Virus record (IMG/VR): IMGVR_UViG_3300050132_000130
Coordinates: 1-51,174 of that record
DNA: 51,174 nt
Origin: a virus
Lineage: Duplodnaviria; Caudoviricetes
Reading direction: 5' to 3' (one strand)
Every line of letters begins with the position of its first letter. Position 1 is the stretch's first letter. This document shows positions 1 through 7,583 of the stretch, in pieces. The translations under genes were made by a program, and so were the position numbers. Below the pieces are notes generated by a model. That model had not been told where the DNA came from. It made no database searches and saw only the letters and a program-made list of their open reading frames with translations.

Positions 1-127
1 CCGTCCTCTTGGCTTACAAGCTTCGCCTTGCTCTTTCTAGCCAGAGCAAGAAAATCTCGGAAATGTTTTTCATCTTCCGCGATAACCCCAAGACTTACTA
101 CATGCAAAGCATCACGACACTTGCGGG
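1..127. repeat. Terminal direct repeat, copy 1 (circular assembly overlap)
   Basis: 1-127 is identical to 51048-51174 (ccgtcctcttggc...acacttgcggg); 127 nt is a common assembler k-mer length. Confidence 0.95.
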
Positions 128-263
128 TTGTCGGACGAAACAATTGATCTAGATCGTCGGGCAAAACAAAAATGGATGCGTCGGGAAAATTAACCCGAAA
201 ATACTCATCCTGACTATCGAGCGTCCGATAGGTATATGAGGAAATTACGGCTTTATCAGTCAT
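1..263 (-). CDS. 5' part of a 207-aa resolvase-like/HTH protein that continues across the circular junction into 51174..50687
   Basis: ATG at 263 opens MTDKAVISSYTYRTLDSQDEYFRVNF...RKCRDA, in frame and without a stop into the 50687..51154 ORF. Confidence 0.8.
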   Translation of the reverse strand, partial: MTDKAVISSYTYRTLDSQDEYFRVNFPDASIFVLPDDLDQLFRPTTRKCRDALHVVSLGVIAEDEKHFRDFLALARKSKAKLVSQED

Positions 264-298
264 TCTTGACCTTGTGGGTTTGATACGCAAGATTGCGC

Positions 299-339
299 TT
301 GACAGGGTATTAAATACTTGGTATTTGATTGGGTGTCAA
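299..339. promoter_or_regulatory. Overlapping face-to-face sigma70-type promoters
   Basis: + strand TTGACA(299-304)-17 nt-TATTTG(322-327); - strand TTGACA(339-334)-17 nt-TATTTA(316-311). Confidence 0.6.
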
Positions 340-370
340 GACAATAAAAAAGAACTTCACCTCTAACCCC

Positions 371-517
371 AATTTCTACCGAGAGAACCTGCAAAGAGGA
401 TCGTGATCGCAGAGCAGGGGTAAAACAGGATGAGAGGAAACCGCTAGGCCAGCGGGATTATACTTGTCTGAAAGCCGGACGCGGTGGGGAACCTCCGCCC
501 TTCTCGCGGTAGAAATT
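371..517 (+). ncRNA. Candidate multibranch structured RNA
   Basis: Closing stem 371-387/501-517 (16 of 17 pairs) with internal stems cctgc/gcagg, acagg/cttgt, ccgct/agcgg and gcgg/ccgc; no ORF; just downstream of a promoter candidate. Confidence 0.5.
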
Positions 518-545
518 TGTTTAACATCTAGACCCAAAAATTGCG

Positions 546-848
546 ATGACATGCTTTAGTGAATCCGATCATAAGGCCCGAAAACAGCACCAATGTTTTG
601 GCTGTTTACAAGCTATCGTAAAGGGCGAAATCTATACGCGCTGGGTAGGCATGTGTGATGGAGATTTTTCAACAAGCGCCTATCACAAAGACTGCCGAGA
701 ATTTGAGTCCAAACTGAACCATGAGAACGACCCATATTATGATGACTGGTATCCGCTGTATGAACTCGTTTCAAATGGAGGAAGGGAAATTCTTGACGGC
801 GCACCAGAGGCTGTCAGAGCAAGATTCCCAGAGAGAAAATCTGCTTAA
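546..848 (+). CDS. Hypothetical protein with putative Zn-binding CxxC and HxxC motifs
   Basis: 100-aa ORF with HQCFGC and YHKDC. Confidence 0.7.
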   Translation: MTCFSESDHKARKQHQCFGCLQAIVKGEIYTRWVGMCDGDFSTSAYHKDCREFESKLNHENDPYYDDWYPLYELVSNGGREILDGAPEAVRARFPERKSA

Positions 849-862
849 CCCCAGAATTTGTC

Positions 863-961
863 ATGTACACCAAGAGACAACACTATATTGGATGCGCGTT
901 GACGGCATTCTCTGCACTCATGCTGCAGGATATAATCAGGCATTTTTTCCCTAACTTCTGA
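863..961 (+). CDS. Possible 32-aa hydrophobic peptide
   Basis: Manual translation MYTKRQHYIGCALTAFSALMLQDIIRHFFPNF fills the gap between co-oriented genes; no clear RBS. Confidence 0.3.
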   Translation: MYTKRQHYIGCALTAFSALMLQDIIRHFFPNF

Positions 962-1019
962 CACCCCTCGCCCCAGTCGCACGGCGATCAAAGCTGCGAC
1001 GAATGAAGGAGACATACCG

Positions 1020-1313
1020 ATGACCGATGAACAAACCCAAGCGACCCTACAAGACACCCCCGATCCTGCGCTGATAAACGAGCAGGTGCGCGCGCAGGCT
1101 ATGGCGAACATGGCAGGGCAGACTCTCGGGCAGATCACGCAGGCCGCGATGCAGTTGCTCACGACGGCGACCTGTAATAACCCGCGCCTGTGCCTGGCTG
1201 TGGCGAACGAATTGTCTCTGATATACGCGGAGGCGTTGCGGCGCGGTCTGATGGTTAATCAGGCGACCGAGAAGGCCGACGAGGCGCCAGCACCGGAGGC
1301 CGCAAATGGCTGA
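1020..1313 (+). CDS. Hypothetical protein
   Basis: AAGGAG RBS upstream; overlaps the start of the next gene. Confidence 0.7.
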   Translation: MTDEQTQATLQDTPDPALINEQVRAQAMANMAGQTLGQITQAAMQLLTTATCNNPRLCLAVANELSLIYAEALRRGLMVNQATEKADEAPAPEAANG

Positions 1314-1554
1314 GGTCGGGGGCGTATCTGGTGAACGGCTGATGTCGTTTATCAAAAGGATTGAAAAACTGAATGAAGATAGGGACGCCGTTACGTCTGA
1401 TTTGACCGAGGTGTACGCGGAAAGCAAGTCGGTAGGATTCGACGTTAAAATCCTGCGCCAGATCGTGAATCTGCGTAAACAAGAGGTTGAGAAGCGGCGC
1501 GAGGAGTCCGAATTATTAGAACTCTACGCGAGTGCAATCGGCCTCGAAACCTAA
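1306..1554 (+). CDS. gapR: GapR-like nucleoid-associated protein (DUF2312/UPF0335)
   Basis: RLMSFIKRIEKLNEDR...EVYAESKSVGFDVKILRQIVNLRK...LELYASAIGL matches the family signature; GGAGG RBS. Confidence 0.9.
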   Translation: MAEVGGVSGERLMSFIKRIEKLNEDRDAVTSDLTEVYAESKSVGFDVKILRQIVNLRKQEVEKRREESELLELYASAIGLET

Positions 1555-1561
1555 CGGGGGA

Positions 1562-1582
1562 CGCCATGCACACCACATGGCG
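1562..1582. terminator. Hairpin between convergent genes (possible terminator)
   Basis: cgccatg-cacacca-catggcg inverted repeat between stops at 1554 (+) and 1586 (-); no clear U-tract. Confidence 0.35.
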
Positions 1583-1585
1583 GTC

Positions 1586-1819
1586 TTACCCTGCCGTTGA
1601 CGGGACGCACGAATAATTAACCGTAAACGTCGCGGCCACAACACTAACCGCCGACGTGATGTTGAAGCCCGTTGTTGTCGCCACGGAACTGCCGATACCG
1701 AAGTTCGTGGAGCCGCCGTTTTCATTCCCTTGGCAAACGTAGGTTGTAGGCGTTGCCGTCCAAGCTGAGGCTATCGAAGCCCCAATCTTCCCATAGCCCT
1801 GTGGTTGCGTGTCGGTCAT
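1586..1819 (-). CDS. Small beta-rich protein resembling a tail-fibre tip module
   Basis: 77 aa, Thr/Ser/Gly-rich; start overlaps the tail spike stop. Confidence 0.5.
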   Translation of the reverse strand: MTDTQPQGYGKIGASIASAWTATPTTYVCQGNENGGSTNFGIGSSVATTTGFNITSAVSVVAATFTVNYSCVPSTAG

Positions 1820-4800
1820 CTACGCCCCGTGAAAAGCCACTTTATCCTGCTCAAAAACGTGTCGTGAATTGGCACGGCATTTTGTTCATCTTCTAAACCC
1901 TGTATTTCTGTTTGCTCGTCTTGCAAAGCCTTCACCAAAACCGCCGTAAGCTGCATATACCGCACACCCGCAACAGAACCGTCGGGATGCAATCCGATTA
2001 AGCGCGGGTCAATATCGCCAACTTCTTCCGCGATAAGGCCAACCTGTCTACCAAGATGTTCAGGGTTAAATTCAGGCTTCAAGTCATATGACACCGGACG
2101 CATTGCTAGAACTTCGGACAATCCATCGTCAAGGTTCTCGATGTTCATTTTTACTTTCAACGTGGACGAGAGACAGGCTAGCGTCGTGTCAACATTTACA
2201 AGCCCCGTTGAGGTCGTCCAACAAAGAGTGCCCGTCGTGGCTGCGCTTGACGATGCCAGACCCGGCAAGTTCAAAGCCCCATAAAGTGTCGTTGCGGTCG
2301 TCGTCCCACTCAACCCTATTTCCGTGGTGTTGCTGCCAAGACCCACACCACCGATTGCGATTGAACCTGTGTCCCCTGCGGCATTCGTCGTCGTCGTTGC
2401 GCTTGTGCCGATTAGGATATTGTTGGAGCCTGTGTTTAGCGTTGTACTCGCCACCCCTGTGCCGATAACAGTGTTAGAAGATCCCGACCAAGATGCTGTT
2501 GAGCATGAGCCCCGCCCGACACAAGTATTACTCGCGGCTGCACCAGTTATGCCGCTTAAAGCGGTTCTTCCTAACGCGGTATTGCCACTGCCAGTTAACT
2601 GTGCCCCATTAAAAGTCCCAGAATTAGCACCGAAAAAAGTATTTGTACTGCCAGAACTAATCGCCGCCCCGGCTCCTTGCCCGACACATGTATCTTCCGC
2701 GCCAGAGGTAACATTCTTACATGCGGCATTACCAAATGCAGTATCCGTTATCGCCGCTGATGTCATAGTGGCAGACAAAGCATTGTACCCGAAGGCCGTA
2801 GCGTTATAGGCTGCTTTTGCACTCATCCCAGATAGTGCCGACGAGCCTGCTGCAACACTTGCGCCGAAAGTGGTGTCATAGGGTGAGAATAATACAGCGG
2901 GTTGTCCTGCGATATTATATCCGTATTGAGTATTTTGATACCCCGTCTTCGTTGTACTGTATTGCCCTATATAGGGCAAAAGCACTGGCGTGATCGCTGC
3001 CGCAAAGTCCTCGTATCCCACCATATTGGGGTGAACATTATCGCCCGCACTTTCACCTAAAGTAACCATTTGACTATAGGACACAAGCCGAGCCCACTCA
3101 TCTACAATAGGCAACCCGGACACATTGGCTGAATTGTTGTTTGCTGCCGCGAGAGAATACATAGCAGAAATAATAGCTGCCTGTACGGCTTGTGATGCCG
3201 ACCCTATGGCTGACGGTGCAGGAGTAAGGATAATAACATCTGCATTTGCAGAATTTTCCGCAGCCGTAATCAGGGTTTGCATATTTGTCGTGTACGCAGA
3301 CGGAGTAATTCCGTTTAGCCAATCATTTATCCCGAGATCAAACACAAACGCGCTGCACCCAAGAGAGTTATTTTTTATAATAGAAACTGCGTCCCATCCA
3401 GCCGTTCCGTTAGTGGCTGACCAATCACCAGATTTAGAACCCGACCACCCAAGATTAACCATGTGCACGGAACTTTTAGTACTATCATATGTTGAAAAAC
3501 CTATGATGAACACGCTACCTGAAACCCAATTAAGATTTACGGTGTTGGCACCAAGAGAACCCGTGATTGTAACAGACCCTATACCTGACGTTCCTGCTGT
3601 GGCCTGCGAAGTGTTCGAACCGCCGTTTAGATTATAATTAAATGAACCGAGGCCGCTATCAATTCTGTAATACACAATAAACGTATCCACGGGGGTAGGA
3701 GCCGTGTACGCCAAGCTTGCTGTAGTAGATGTTGCTGTAAACATGGCTCCGCCTATTGTGGCTTGCGGAGATAGCGTTTCAGACCACCCAGAACCGACCG
3801 TCAGAACATTTGTAAAGCCGCTATGTTTTGTTCCCGGTCCGTCGCCTATGAAATTATTGACATCTGCCATAACGCCTGCATTTCTAAATGCCTGCATAAC
3901 TTGTCCGGGCATACTGTTATAGTAAATTGGAGACGTTGATCCTTGTCCGGTTGTCGTGCTGTCGCCAATCCAGCAAATATTCGTGTTACCAGTTCCCGTA
4001 GGGTTAGCAAGCACGCTATTTACAGCCGCTTTGAGGTGTGGGAGTGACAACGCGTAATTTGTGGTGATGTTGTTTATAGCTCCCGATCCACTCGTCGCCC
4101 CCGTCCCCCCGTTCGCCAAGGGGAGTGTGCCGGTGACGCCAGTGGTCAGGGGCAATCCGGTCAAATTTGTCGCCACGCCAGAGTTCGGCGTACCAAGTAG
4201 CGGCGTCGTCATCGAGCATGATGTAGTCAGACATACCGAGCCGCTACCCGACGAACCTGTCCATGTTGGAGCGGTTGCCGCGCTGCCGCTTCCTGTGCTG
4301 GACAAGAATTTCGGGGTTGTCGTCGTGTTTCCTGCAAGCCGCGTAGGTGCGCCGGATGCTGCGCCGTACACCATGTCGCCGAGCGTCGTCGCCACGGTTT
4401 CGTAAAATGATGTGAAGGCGTTCGCAACCGATGTTTGACCAGTGCCGCCGTTTGCCCCAACGAGCGTACCCGCAAGCGTTATCGCGCCGGACGTAGCCGA
4501 ATTTGGAGTAAGGCCAGTCGTCCCGCCGTTAAATGTCGTGACGCCAGTTGAAGCCGTGAGATACGCCGCTCCATTGCTGAGTTGATTATTATTCGTGATC
4601 GGCGTCACGGTGCAATTGATGATCGTGCCGTTCGTCAAGCACCAATCGCCGTTCGTTAACGTGTTGGCGTGAAGCTCCGTTACGTTCAACGTAAGACTGC
4701 CCGCCGTGTTGGTAGCGTCCCCCGTGTGCGCTGGCTCCTGCGCGGCTTGTAGGGTGCCGCTGGCATAACTTGAAAGATTGATTGCCGTTCCGTTCCATGT

Positions 4801-5361
4801 TCCCGCCGTGATCGTGCCGACCGTCGCAATGTCGGTGCCGACAAGTTTCGACGCGGCAATGCTGCCCGCGAGCATGGCATTCGTGACGACACCGGACGCG
4901 ATGGCAGTTGCATTCCCGACACTCGTCACATTGCCGGTCAAATTGGCATTTGTTATGACCGTCGCCGCATTCCCGACCGATGTCACGCCGCCAGTTAGAT
5001 TTGCGTTCGTCGTCACTGTGGCCGCGTTTCCGCTGATGCTGCCTGTGATCGTGTTTGAAAATGTATCGTTGCCACCAAAGGTCAGGTTACCATTGAGCAA
5101 GCCGAGGACGGCTCCCGACGTCCCGGTCTGCAACGAAGTTCCCCACGCGCTGCCTGTCGATACTGCCACGCCTGCGCCCGGATAAATCTGCACGAACGGC
5201 GCGCCGCCATCACCAACCTGATCTTTGGCCGTCCATGTTGCGTAATGCCCCGGGGTGACGCTACCGACTTGCTGGACACCGGATGATGTTGGGGTGCCTG
5301 CAAATGCTGCGGAAATTATCGCGGCGAAAGATATGGCAATAACGAGAAGTTCTTTTTTCAT
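1816..5361 (-). CDS. Tail spike/fibre with SGNH/GDSL esterase domain and C-terminal Peptidase_S74-type intramolecular chaperone
   Basis: SGNH blocks WIGDSTT, NLGWSG, LGIND, DNVHP; NGGTG and TNANLTG-VTSVGNA repeats; C-terminal SSTLKVKMNI...RPVSY...GLIAEEV plus coiled coil. Confidence 0.85.
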   Translation of the reverse strand: MKKELLVIAISFAAIISAAFAGTPTSSGVQQVGSVTPGHYATWTAKDQVGDGGAPFVQIYPGAGVAVSTGSAWGTSLQTGTSGAVLGLLNGNLTFGGNDTFSNTITGSISGNAATVTTNANLTGGVTSVGNAATVITNANLTGNVTSVGNATAIASGVVTNAMLAGSIAASKLVGTDIATVGTITAGTWNGTAINLSSYASGTLQAAQEPAHTGDATNTAGSLTLNVTELHANTLTNGDWCLTNGTIINCTVTPITNNNQLSNGAAYLTASTGVTTFNGGTTGLTPNSATSGAITLAGTLVGANGGTGQTSVANAFTSFYETVATTLGDMVYGAASGAPTRLAGNTTTTPKFLSSTGSGSAATAPTWTGSSGSGSVCLTTSCSMTTPLLGTPNSGVATNLTGLPLTTGVTGTLPLANGGTGATSGSGAINNITTNYALSLPHLKAAVNSVLANPTGTGNTNICWIGDSTTTGQGSTSPIYYNSMPGQVMQAFRNAGVMADVNNFIGDGPGTKHSGFTNVLTVGSGWSETLSPQATIGGAMFTATSTTASLAYTAPTPVDTFIVYYRIDSGLGSFNYNLNGGSNTSQATAGTSGIGSVTITGSLGANTVNLNWVSGSVFIIGFSTYDSTKSSVHMVNLGWSGSKSGDWSATNGTAGWDAVSIIKNNSLGCSAFVFDLGINDWLNGITPSAYTTNMQTLITAAENSANADVIILTPAPSAIGSASQAVQAAIISAMYSLAAANNNSANVSGLPIVDEWARLVSYSQMVTLGESAGDNVHPNMVGYEDFAAAITPVLLPYIGQYSTTKTGYQNTQYGYNIAGQPAVLFSPYDTTFGASVAAGSSALSGMSAKAAYNATAFGYNALSATMTSAAITDTAFGNAACKNVTSGAEDTCVGQGAGAAISSGSTNTFFGANSGTFNGAQLTGSGNTALGRTALSGITGAAASNTCVGRGSCSTASWSGSSNTVIGTGVASTTLNTGSNNILIGTSATTTTNAAGDTGSIAIGGVGLGSNTTEIGLSGTTTATTLYGALNLPGLASSSAATTGTLCWTTSTGLVNVDTTLACLSSTLKVKMNIENLDDGLSEVLAMRPVSYDLKPEFNPEHLGRQVGLIAEEVGDIDPRLIGLHPDGSVAGVRYMQLTAVLVKALQDEQTEIQGLEDEQNAVPIHDTFLSRIKWLFTGRR

Positions 5362-5775
5362 TTAATTCAACTCCCAAACGCCGACGATCGACGTTACAAT
5401 CCATTGTGTTGCCGATATTAACGTGACTGTAACAAAATTTCCAACAGTGTTCGATGAAATAGAGCCGCCGGACGAGGATGAGTCGGCGCCGTTCGTGATT
5501 GTTACTCCGGGTGGCGCGACAAGAGACAGTGTTTCAGCGGCGACAACCAAAGCAGAGATTGCCACTGGATAAAACGTCGAGGGCGCGGCAGGCAGTGTGA
5601 GATCAACTTCCGCTATCGCACCTGTGTTGGTAAACATAGTTCCGCTCTGGGTAAGAGATAACCCCGCCGATGCTGTCAGCGGCACTACGCCAGAGAATGG
5701 CAACCCAGACGCCCCCTGCGGGCCGCCTGATGCAACAACAAATGTGACTGAATTTCCGATGCCTGAAAAACTCAT
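5362..5775 (-). CDS. Hypothetical virion-associated beta-rich protein
   Basis: Likely start MSFSGIG at 5775 (ATGA overlap); lies between tail accessory genes. Confidence 0.65.
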   Translation of the reverse strand: MSFSGIGNSVTFVVASGGPQGASGLPFSGVVPLTASAGLSLTQSGTMFTNTGAIAEVDLTLPAAPSTFYPVAISALVVAAETLSLVAPPGVTITNGADSSSSGGSISSNTVGNFVTVTLISATQWIVTSIVGVWELN

Positions 5776-6146
5776 GGAACCACCGTGATGGGTTTTGTTA
5801 TTGTGATTGCACCCGTTATGTATTGGTTTTCGACAGGTGGAGATGTCTGGTATTCGATCCAAACATCGTATGGATATGTGCCGATTGACATGCCTGCTGT
5901 GGTTGTGCTGCTGATATTGATAGAGAACTGTCCGGCGGGTGCATCAGTCACCGTAATGCCGCCGTTTCCAGTTGAGAGCAGCAACGGCGTTGGTGTGGCA
6001 ATCGTCATTTTAATCGAACATCCGGTTAAATTCACCGGAGTCGAGTTAATCGCCATCGTCAACGCCAAAGAAACGTCGTCACCCTGCACGAATGCGGCAT
6101 TTAACTGCTGTGCCCCTGCCGAGCCTGTGACTGAAACTTGGAGCAT
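5772..6146 (-). CDS. BppU-like tail-fibre attachment/baseplate upper protein
   Basis: QGDD-SL-L...PVNLTG...GQFSINI...GTYPYDV pattern typical of this Ig-like family. Confidence 0.6.
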   Translation of the reverse strand: MLQVSVTGSAGAQQLNAAFVQGDDVSLALTMAINSTPVNLTGCSIKMTIATPTPLLLSTGNGGITVTDAPAGQFSINISSTTTAGMSIGTYPYDVWIEYQTSPPVENQYITGAITITKPITVVP

Positions 6147-6148
6147 GA

Positions 6149-6184
6149 ATACCACATATAGTTGCGAGTCGCAGGATATATCAA
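6149..6184 (-). promoter_or_regulatory. Promoter candidate with overlapping NrdR-like box and CGAGTCG site
   Basis: TTGATA(6184-6179)-17 nt-CTATAT(6161-6156); ataCcAcATaTaGtt at 6149-6163; tgcgagtcgca palindrome in the spacer. Confidence 0.5.
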
Positions 6185-6534
6185 CGGGTGGTGTTTTGCA
6201 ATAGCGCCGCAGCCTCGTCGGGGGAGAACGCTACGCCAGCGATGCCGCCGGATGCCTTGACATGGTTTAGGAAATTTAGTTGGTGCGCCGATAGCTTGCC
6301 GCCGACATCCTTACATTCAATCGCGGTAAAGACGGCCAGCGTCATTCCGAGGTGAGATTCGGTTATTTTAACCTTTTGGAAGCCTATCAGATCGGCACCA
6401 CCCGGGTTTGCCACGCCAAATTTGACGGGGATGCCGCGTCGGTCTGGGAGGATGCCGCAATTGTTACGCCAGACGGTGACGCCCAACTCGGAACATCTCA
6501 GCATTATCCGGCGGAGGACGTTGGATTCGGACAT
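6181..6534 (-). CDS. VRR-NUC domain nuclease
   Basis: E...WRNN-G...GGADLIG...AIECK...Q-NFL PD-(D/E)xK signature. Confidence 0.9.
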   Translation of the reverse strand: MSESNVLRRIMLRCSELGVTVWRNNCGILPDRRGIPVKFGVANPGGADLIGFQKVKITESHLGMTLAVFTAIECKDVGGKLSAHQLNFLNHVKASGGIAGVAFSPDEAAALLQNTTR

Positions 6535-6555
6535 CCGGCGAGGATAGGGGGCGAA

Positions 6556-7260
6556 TCAGAACAGTTCAATCTGTTTGGCGGCGGATTCGATGCGGCGCAG
6601 TCCGGCCTCGAACCATTTCTCTGATTTTTCGATGCCGATGTACCGACGACCGGCCTTGATCGCCGCGACGCCGGATGAGAACACGCCAGCGAACGGATCA
6701 CATACGAGTTCGCCGGTCTGAGTGCTGTTTTCGATGTAGGATTGGAATAGGGCGACGGGTTTCTGCGTGGGATGACCTGAATCGTCATCGACCTGGGGGC
6801 ATCGAATGAGTTGTTTTGAGCCGCAATCGTTGATATATTTTGCCTTACCCTTGAAGAAAAACCCCGTAAATTCTAAATTTTTCATGAACCAGCGGTTCGG
6901 TGTTGCCGTCACCTTATCCCACACGAGCAGGTTATGAAATTTGAATCCCGCCACCTCAGCTGCGTTGAGCATGGGCTGGACATTGCGGTTATTTGCCATG
7001 ATGTAAGCATGTCCCGCCGGGAGAGCCGCCGACAATAACGGCATGAAATCCGGCCAGTCAATATCGCAATCGACGATCGACCCAGAATTGTCGTATGTCC
7101 CGCGCGCGAAACAGCCGCCCATCTCTCCGGTTGTATTGCCGCCGGATTCTAGTTTATATGGGGGGTCACAGCATATCATATCGACCGTGCCAATCGTCGG
7201 CAGGATTTCCATACTGTCGCCGCAGATCAGAGTCGCGCCGCCGATTATTTCCGTTCTCAT
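6556..7260 (-). CDS. DNA N6-adenine/N4-cytosine methyltransferase, beta class
   Basis: DPPY catalytic motif precedes HPTQKP and the DPFAG SAM-binding motif. Confidence 0.9.
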   Translation of the reverse strand: MRTEIIGGATLICGDSMEILPTIGTVDMICCDPPYKLESGGNTTGEMGGCFARGTYDNSGSIVDCDIDWPDFMPLLSAALPAGHAYIMANNRNVQPMLNAAEVAGFKFHNLLVWDKVTATPNRWFMKNLEFTGFFFKGKAKYINDCGSKQLIRCPQVDDDSGHPTQKPVALFQSYIENSTQTGELVCDPFAGVFSSGVAAIKAGRRYIGIEKSEKWFEAGLRRIESAAKQIELF

Positions 7261-7583
7261 TCCGTTACCCCGATCGTGCGGTATTCAATTATAACGCATC
7301 TTTCCTTCGCCTTGGCTATAGCTGCGTCGACTCCCCTTGACGTTCCCCGATCCGTATAAACAACCATTTTGCAGGCCACGTCCAGCCACGCCAAACCAGC
7401 CGCGATGCCGTGCGCGCGCTCCTCTGGTATATTTTCGTCAAGGATGCCCGGCTGCGTATATAATAAATGGCTGGCAATCGGACTCTCGCCGCGCATAAGG
7501 CTGTCTCTCACGCATCGCCTCGCATAGGAAGTATTTGCCTCTATGTCTCCCGCGTAAGGCGATTCAATAATAACTAGTTTCAT
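7257..7583 (-). CDS. Conserved phage protein, nucleoside deoxyribosyltransferase-like fold
   Basis: VIIESPYAGD...YAR...GESPIASHLLYTQ...ER-GI-AGL-W pattern common in phages. Confidence 0.7.
   Translation of the reverse strand: MKLVIIESPYAGDIEANTSYARRCVRDSLMRGESPIASHLLYTQPGILDENIPEERAHGIAAGLAWLDVACKMVVYTDRGTSRGVDAAIAKAKERCVIIEYRTIGVTE

Noticed and set aside
1-127. 127-bp terminal repeat as a biological direct terminal repeat
   Set aside because: It cuts through an ORF and equals a common assembler k-mer length; a cos-like site elsewhere better explains the real ends.
371-517. tRNA or tmRNA gene
   Set aside because: No GTTCRA T-loop, anticodon arm of proper size or CCA end.
1816-5361. Diversity-generating retroelement or invertible tail-fibre cassette
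   Set aside because: No reverse transcriptase, template/variable repeat pair or flanking inverted sites seen; internal repeats are ordinary fibre repeats.
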